DNA of 20,000 bases, from the IMG/VR virus record IMGVR_UViG_3300011437_000001. One strand, given 5' to 3'. Under the pieces are notes generated by a model, which saw nothing but the letters and a program-made list of their open reading frames with translations, made no database searches and was not told the origin of the DNA. The position numbers and the translations under genes were made by a program. How positions within the stretch are numbered: the stretch's first letter is position 1; every line of letters begins with the position of its first letter. This document shows, piece by piece, positions 16,291 through 20,000 of the stretch. This DNA is from an uncultured virus (IMG/VR IMGVR_UViG_3300011437_000001) (taxonomy: Duplodnaviria > Heunggongvirae > Uroviricota > Caudoviricetes).

Positions 16291-16539
16291 TCACTTTCCC
16301 GCTGGACGTTTGTCCAGCCCCTTCTCCTTGAGCAGCTTCGCCAAATCGTCCATGTGCAGGCAGTCGCACAGGCACGCCGAAGCACCGGGGCTTTGAATCT
16401 GAGCGATGCGCCCATTGCAGTAGTCGTTTCCCGGCTGCGCTTCAACTAGATAGCCGATCGCGCAGACGCTCGTGCCGTCGTGGTTGATGTGAACGATTGA
16501 ATCGCCATTCTTCGCTTCACGACCATTTCGATAGTGCAT
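16291..16539 (-). CDS. Phage hypothetical protein (82 aa)
   Basis: AAAGGA Shine-Dalgarno. MHYRNGREAKNGD start and CLCDCLH motif. Confidence 0.7.
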   Translation of the reverse strand: MHYRNGREAKNGDSIVHINHDGTSVCAIGYLVEAQPGNDYCNGRIAQIQSPGASACLCDCLHMDDLAKLLKEKGLDKRPAGK

Positions 16540-16552
16540 TACCCTGTTCCTT

Positions 16553-16954
16553 TCAGGTAAGTTTCTTCACTCGTTTATGCACCGTCGCGTTCACCGCGTC
16601 GTGGTGCAGCTTCATGTGGGCCTTCACGTCCGGCCCCCAATCCTCAATATACCCGATCATTCTATCCGTTGACTGGCGGTATCGCACGCCCTTCCATGCG
16701 GCAAAACCAAGGCACGCGCAGCCAAGATAGGCAGCACCGAGCTGAATGTTGACCGTGGTGATGATGTTGCCGTCTCCGCTCGCTCGATTGTCCGTGCTCG
16801 CCGTCTGCGGCCTGGTGGCAACGTCAACGTGCGTATCAATCACCGGGGCTTTGAGACACCCAACCAGCATCCATATGGTGAAAAACACGAGAAATCCAGT
16901 GATGGAAATCAACCATATTGCCCGTCGAAAGAGCGGTTTCGGGGGATAGGTCAT
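16553..16954 (-). CDS. Membrane or lipoprotein with two hydrophobic segments (133 aa)
   Basis: AIWLISITGFLVFFTIWMLVGC (lipobox-like), and a second segment IQLGAAYLGCACLGFAAW. Confidence 0.6.
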   Translation of the reverse strand: MTYPPKPLFRRAIWLISITGFLVFFTIWMLVGCLKAPVIDTHVDVATRPQTASTDNRASGDGNIITTVNIQLGAAYLGCACLGFAAWKGVRYRQSTDRMIGYIEDWGPDVKAHMKLHHDAVNATVHKRVKKLT

Positions 16955-16960
16955 AGCTTC

Positions 16961-17203
16961 TCAACATAGACGAATCTGGGTGTATCCGATTCGTTCGGCC
17001 AGCTTTTTTGTGCCCAACATGATTTCGCTGGAGCCACCCCAAATATGTGAGCCCACGAGAGCATCCAAATGTGGCACAGGGTTCAGTACCTTGAGGCACG
17101 GTTGCCCTGCTGGGGCACGCTTATCGTTGGCCGGGCCGAGGTCTAATTCGGCGGTACCATCGGGTAAATAGCGGACATCCTGGATAATCGCGTCAATGCT
17201 CAT
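16961..17203 (-). CDS. Hypothetical protein (80 aa)
   Basis: ATG ORF packed in the - strand run, with globular-looking composition. Confidence 0.6.
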   Translation of the reverse strand: MSIDAIIQDVRYLPDGTAELDLGPANDKRAPAGQPCLKVLNPVPHLDALVGSHIWGGSSEIMLGTKKLAERIGYTQIRLC

Positions 17204-17265
17204 GTTTTTTCGTATCTTCCCGGCAGCCCCTTCGCTCGTAGATGCCCGTGCTGGCTCAGCTTGAG

Positions 17266-17448
17266 CTAATAGGCACCAATCGATTCCACGCAGTCCATGG
17301 CGTTAACCTGAAGGGCCAGCACGCGGTCATAAACCACCATGCCCTTGCGGATGCCTTCCAATTCACGGGCCACCTTGAGGTTGACCAATTCCTCGCGGTC
17401 CAGGGGATCGTCTGCTCGCTTGGCGCAGTTCATTCCGGTGGCTACCAA
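17266..17448 (-). CDS. Hypothetical protein (60 aa)
   Basis: Fills the gap between two - strand genes. Start is uncertain. Confidence 0.35.
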   Translation of the reverse strand: MVATGMNCAKRADDPLDREELVNLKVARELEGIRKGMVVYDRVLALQVNAMDCVESIGAY

Positions 17449-17903
17449 CCTTGCTGGATGTTGACTTCGCCGATGATGACCACGTCGGCCTGAATGACGC
17501 CGAATCCGTACAGCGCATCATTCGGAGCCACCGGACCCGTGTTGCCAAAAGCCGGGAGCTTCTGCCCGTTGAGCCAATACAGCACGCCGATCTGGCGCAT
17601 TTCGCCGTTGGGCATTCGGCAGTCGTAGGTCATCACCGGATTTGGCTTGCCAGCGCTTTCGTGACCAAGCTGGAACGCAATGGCGCTCACGTCGCCCATG
17701 ACCATCACGTTGACATTACCCGTGCAGCGCAGGCCCTTCTCGCCGAAGCTCGCCTGGCCGGTTGGCCAGTTCGGCTGCTTGGCGACAACCTCCAGGTTGC
17801 CCGCCAGCACAGCGATGACGCCCGGTGGGCCGTTCAGCGTGAGCGCGCCAGCCACTGGACCAAGGGGCAAACTCTCAAAATCTGTTTTCGCTACAAGTGG
17901 CAT
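17442..17903 (-). CDS. Hypothetical beta-rich protein (153 aa)
   Basis: GGAAAGGA Shine-Dalgarno 6 nt before ATG 17903. GC-rich codon usage. Confidence 0.65.
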   Translation of the reverse strand: MPLVAKTDFESLPLGPVAGALTLNGPPGVIAVLAGNLEVVAKQPNWPTGQASFGEKGLRCTGNVNVMVMGDVSAIAFQLGHESAGKPNPVMTYDCRMPNGEMRQIGVLYWLNGQKLPAFGNTGPVAPNDALYGFGVIQADVVIIGEVNIQQGW

Positions 17904-17990
17904 TTGCAATCCTTTCCACGTGAAGAAAAAAGGCGAAGGTAGAGGGCCGCCGCCGTACTAACACGACGGCCCCCCACCCGCGCCAAGGAA

Positions 17991-18239
17991 TTACGCAGTT
18001 GGCGGAACCGGCGGCGTCAGGTTGTCCAACGCCTCCAGCTTCGCGGTGAGCGCATCGCTCTGCGCTTCGATCTCGTTCAGCAGCGTCTGATCTTCCGGCG
18101 TGAGGACCGGCGGCGTGTTCTGCAACTGCTCGATCTTGGCGTTCAGTGCCGCCACATCGGCGACCGCACCGTCGATAGCCGTAGCTTGACGGGCATTGAA
18201 GGCGTTGATCTTTGCGGCGAATTCAGAAATTTGACTCAT
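17991..18239 (-). CDS. Small coiled-coil protein (82 aa)
   Basis: AAGGAG Shine-Dalgarno. Heptad-like sequence ending LTPEDQTLLNEI...KLEALDNLTPP. Confidence 0.75.
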   Translation of the reverse strand: MSQISEFAAKINAFNARQATAIDGAVADVAALNAKIEQLQNTPPVLTPEDQTLLNEIEAQSDALTAKLEALDNLTPPVPPTA

Positions 18240-18259
18240 TGTCTTACTCCTTCTGGTTG

Positions 18260-18496
18260 TTAGGAAGCCGGTGGCGTTGCGGCGTCCAACGCTTCAAGCT
18301 TCCTGGTTGTCTTGCCAGTTTTGGCTAAAATGTCCTTGAGAGACGCCTGATCTTCTGGGGAAAGCTTGCCGAGTTCGTCAATGGCACTTCTCGTTTCTGC
18401 ACCCTGTCCAAGTAATGACCACAACAGGATTCTGTTCGTCGCTAACAGGCGTCGAATCTGACGTAACTCGGAAACTAACGATAACTGTTGGTTCAT
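18260..18496 (-). CDS. Small helical protein sharing a C-terminal motif with its neighbour (78 aa)
   Basis: GGAGA Shine-Dalgarno. LSPEDQASLKDI...KLEALDAATPP. Confidence 0.65.
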   Translation of the reverse strand: MNQQLSLVSELRQIRRLLATNRILLWSLLGQGAETRSAIDELGKLSPEDQASLKDILAKTGKTTRKLEALDAATPPAS

Positions 18497-18532
18497 TGGT
18501 TGTTCTCCGCGCGGCGTCTTCCACTCGCTGCG

Positions 18533-18748
18533 CTACCGGTTGTCGATTCGCGGGATGGCTGGATCGTAATTCAGAATCCCCATGGCTCGCATCAACACCA
18601 GCACGAGCATGGCGCAAACCGCGATGATGATGATTGCCTTCACCGCTGGCGGCATCGGAATATAGGTCGTTACAGACCACGCGATTAAGCCCAAGACGAC
18701 TGCTAGCACGATGAATTCAATAATTCCGATGGCACACCATCCTTTCAC
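18533..18748 (-). CDS. Small two-helix membrane protein (Thivi_2564-like pattern; possible holin)
   Basis: IIEFIVLAVVLGLIAWSVTTYIPMPPAVKAIIIIAVCAMLVLVLM: two hydrophobic helices joined by YIPMPP. GTGA overlap with the upstream stop. Confidence 0.7.
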   Translation of the reverse strand: MKGWCAIGIIEFIVLAVVLGLIAWSVTTYIPMPPAVKAIIIIAVCAMLVLVLMRAMGILNYDPAIPRIDNR

Positions 18749-19062
18749 TTTTCGATTTCTCTCAACATAGCATCATACGCCCTTTGCTCCAGCCTGTCGT
18801 ACTCAACCTGCTGCCGTGTATCATGCTCGCGCACGTACCCCAGCAGCATCCCCCCCATGAAGGCCGATAGCGTCAGCAGAAGCCCGAATCCACCGATAAT
18901 GAGCGGCCATTTCGTCTGCTGTCCTGTAACGACTTGATCGGACAGCTTGGCAATCGAGGCTGTAAGAGCATCGCCCCACCGCTGAAACGCCTCGACGGCC
19001 TTCTCCAGACCGCCAATGCGGAATTCGTTCGACGCGGCCTTGTCGTTTTGCAACTCGTCCAT
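18745..19062 (-). CDS. Coiled-coil plus single transmembrane protein (105 aa)
   Basis: RIGGLEKAVE...IAKLSDQV, then WPLIIGGFGLLLTLSAFMGGMLLGY. Typical of phage lysis-region membrane proteins. Confidence 0.65.
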   Translation of the reverse strand: MDELQNDKAASNEFRIGGLEKAVEAFQRWGDALTASIAKLSDQVVTGQQTKWPLIIGGFGLLLTLSAFMGGMLLGYVREHDTRQQVEYDRLEQRAYDAMLREIEK

Positions 19063-19065
19063 TTT

Positions 19066-19503
19066 TCACAGCCAGCCGATGTTGCCGAAGATTCCGTCGT
19101 TATCGATTTCGCTCTCGCCGTCCCGTTCCACGGTTAATTCGAGGCGCACGAGATGTGGCAGGTAATCGTGCGTGATGATGCCCGCATTGTGAAACACCGT
19201 GGGGTCTGAAATGACGAGGTGCGAATGGTCGTTGCGCAGCCGCCCGTCATCGTAGAACCCGTAGCACTTCGGGATGCCCGGCGTCTGGCATGACTTGGCG
19301 ACTCCGAAGCCAGCGGTCTTATTCGGGATTTCCACTACGACCGGCGACGGCCCGCCATGGGCAATCAGAGTAGGCACCGTCCAGTCGGAACCGTCATGGT
19401 CTCGGAAGGTGTGGTCGCGGAATGAGAACTTGCCATCCGCCCGGGAGATGCGAACCCCGTCCAGGACTATTTCGCTGAGGTTGTCGAAGCTGAGCTTCGT
19501 CAT
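19066..19503 (-). CDS. Hypothetical protein (145 aa)
   Basis: GAAAGGA Shine-Dalgarno before ATG. Packed 3 nt from the next gene. Confidence 0.65.
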   Translation of the reverse strand: MTKLSFDNLSEIVLDGVRISRADGKFSFRDHTFRDHDGSDWTVPTLIAHGGPSPVVVEIPNKTAGFGVAKSCQTPGIPKCYGFYDDGRLRNDHSHLVISDPTVFHNAGIITHDYLPHLVRLELTVERDGESEIDNDGIFGNIGWL

Positions 19504-19519
19504 GCCCGAATCCTTTCGG

Positions 19520-19807
19520 TCAGCCCGCTGCGTCCGAGCCCATTGTATGCCCCATATTTTCTACGTAAATCTCTTTTCGGCAATGGGGGCAGCGGGCCGG
19601 AAGACGCGTTCGGCCCTTATCTGTAAGTGAATTGTTTGTGTCTATCAACCCGTGCCGTCGCAGGCAGACGATAATTTCGTAGGCGCTGCCGCGATGCACG
19701 CTGAGCGAATTGGCCACGTGCTGGATTGTCGGTGGGGTTCCCGTCCGCAGCTTGTGCGCGGCGATGTATTTGAGCGCCTGAAGCTGGCGCTTGGTCGGGT
19801 TTCTCAC
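19520..19807 (-). CDS. LexA-like N-terminal winged-HTH DNA-binding protein with C-terminal CxxC; no peptidase domain
   Basis: PTKRQLQALKYI...GTPPTIQHVANSLSV...AYEIIVCLRRHGLI. GGAGG lies 5 nt before GTG 19807. CPHC near the C-terminus. Confidence 0.75.
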   Translation of the reverse strand: MRNPTKRQLQALKYIAAHKLRTGTPPTIQHVANSLSVHRGSAYEIIVCLRRHGLIDTNNSLTDKGRTRLPARCPHCRKEIYVENMGHTMGSDAAG

Positions 19808-19850
19808 CCCTTCCTCCCTCCCCATTCCTTGCTCGGCTTGCAATGGGCAA

Positions 19851-20000
19851 TCACGTACACCCTACCTTTAGAACAATCGTCGCCTTGTCCCATTCAACGT
19901 CCAGGTCGCAATCGTCACCACCTTCCGGGTCGTCGTCGGGCATAACTTCCATCCATGCATCACAGTGCTTGCAGACCCACAAGATGAACGAGTCGTCCTC
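19851..20000 (-). CDS. Partial acidic hypothetical protein with CxxC (starts beyond the window)
   Basis: Open frame from 20000: EDDSFILWVCKHCDAWMEVMPDDDPEGGDDCDLDVEWDKATIVLKVGCT*. Confidence 0.45.
   Translation of the reverse strand, partial: EDDSFILWVCKHCDAWMEVMPDDDPEGGDDCDLDVEWDKATIVLKVGCT

Noticed and set aside
17926..17975. Possible - strand terminator after the 82-aa gene
   Set aside because: A GC hairpin is present, but the T6 tract is about 10 nt away from it, so it is not a convincing intrinsic terminator.
1..20000. Phage-wide genetic code reassignment
   Set aside because: Genes read through in the standard code with TAA, TAG and TGA all used as stops, and CCA/CCG fall at conserved Pro positions.

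Overview
GC-rich bacteriophage or prophage DNA in two convergent blocks. The + strand (1-13496) is a virion module. It has a mosaic tail-fibre gene truncated by the window edge, a Cys-rich lipoprotein, a LamG/ConA-like protein and a small tail-type protein. These are followed by five tightly packed, partly translationally coupled genes that look like podovirus-type internal virion/ejection proteins, ending in a 2110-aa giant. The - strand (13613-20000) carries a tRNA, a sigma-70-family factor, many small membrane or lipoprotein genes, a LexA-like HTH gene and a structured non-coding region. The top observation is the tRNA at 13613-13696 (-): it has a class II, tRNA-Leu-type body but a proline anticodon (UGG) with A37, so it is a candidate mismatched-identity tRNA. 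A 68-nt cloverleaf at 15216-15283 has the same terminal stem. Four of the five putative ejection proteins carry Asn-Pro-Phe (often ENPFR) motifs, 8 copies in total. All product calls come from motif recognition by eye; no database searches were run and the host cannot be named.
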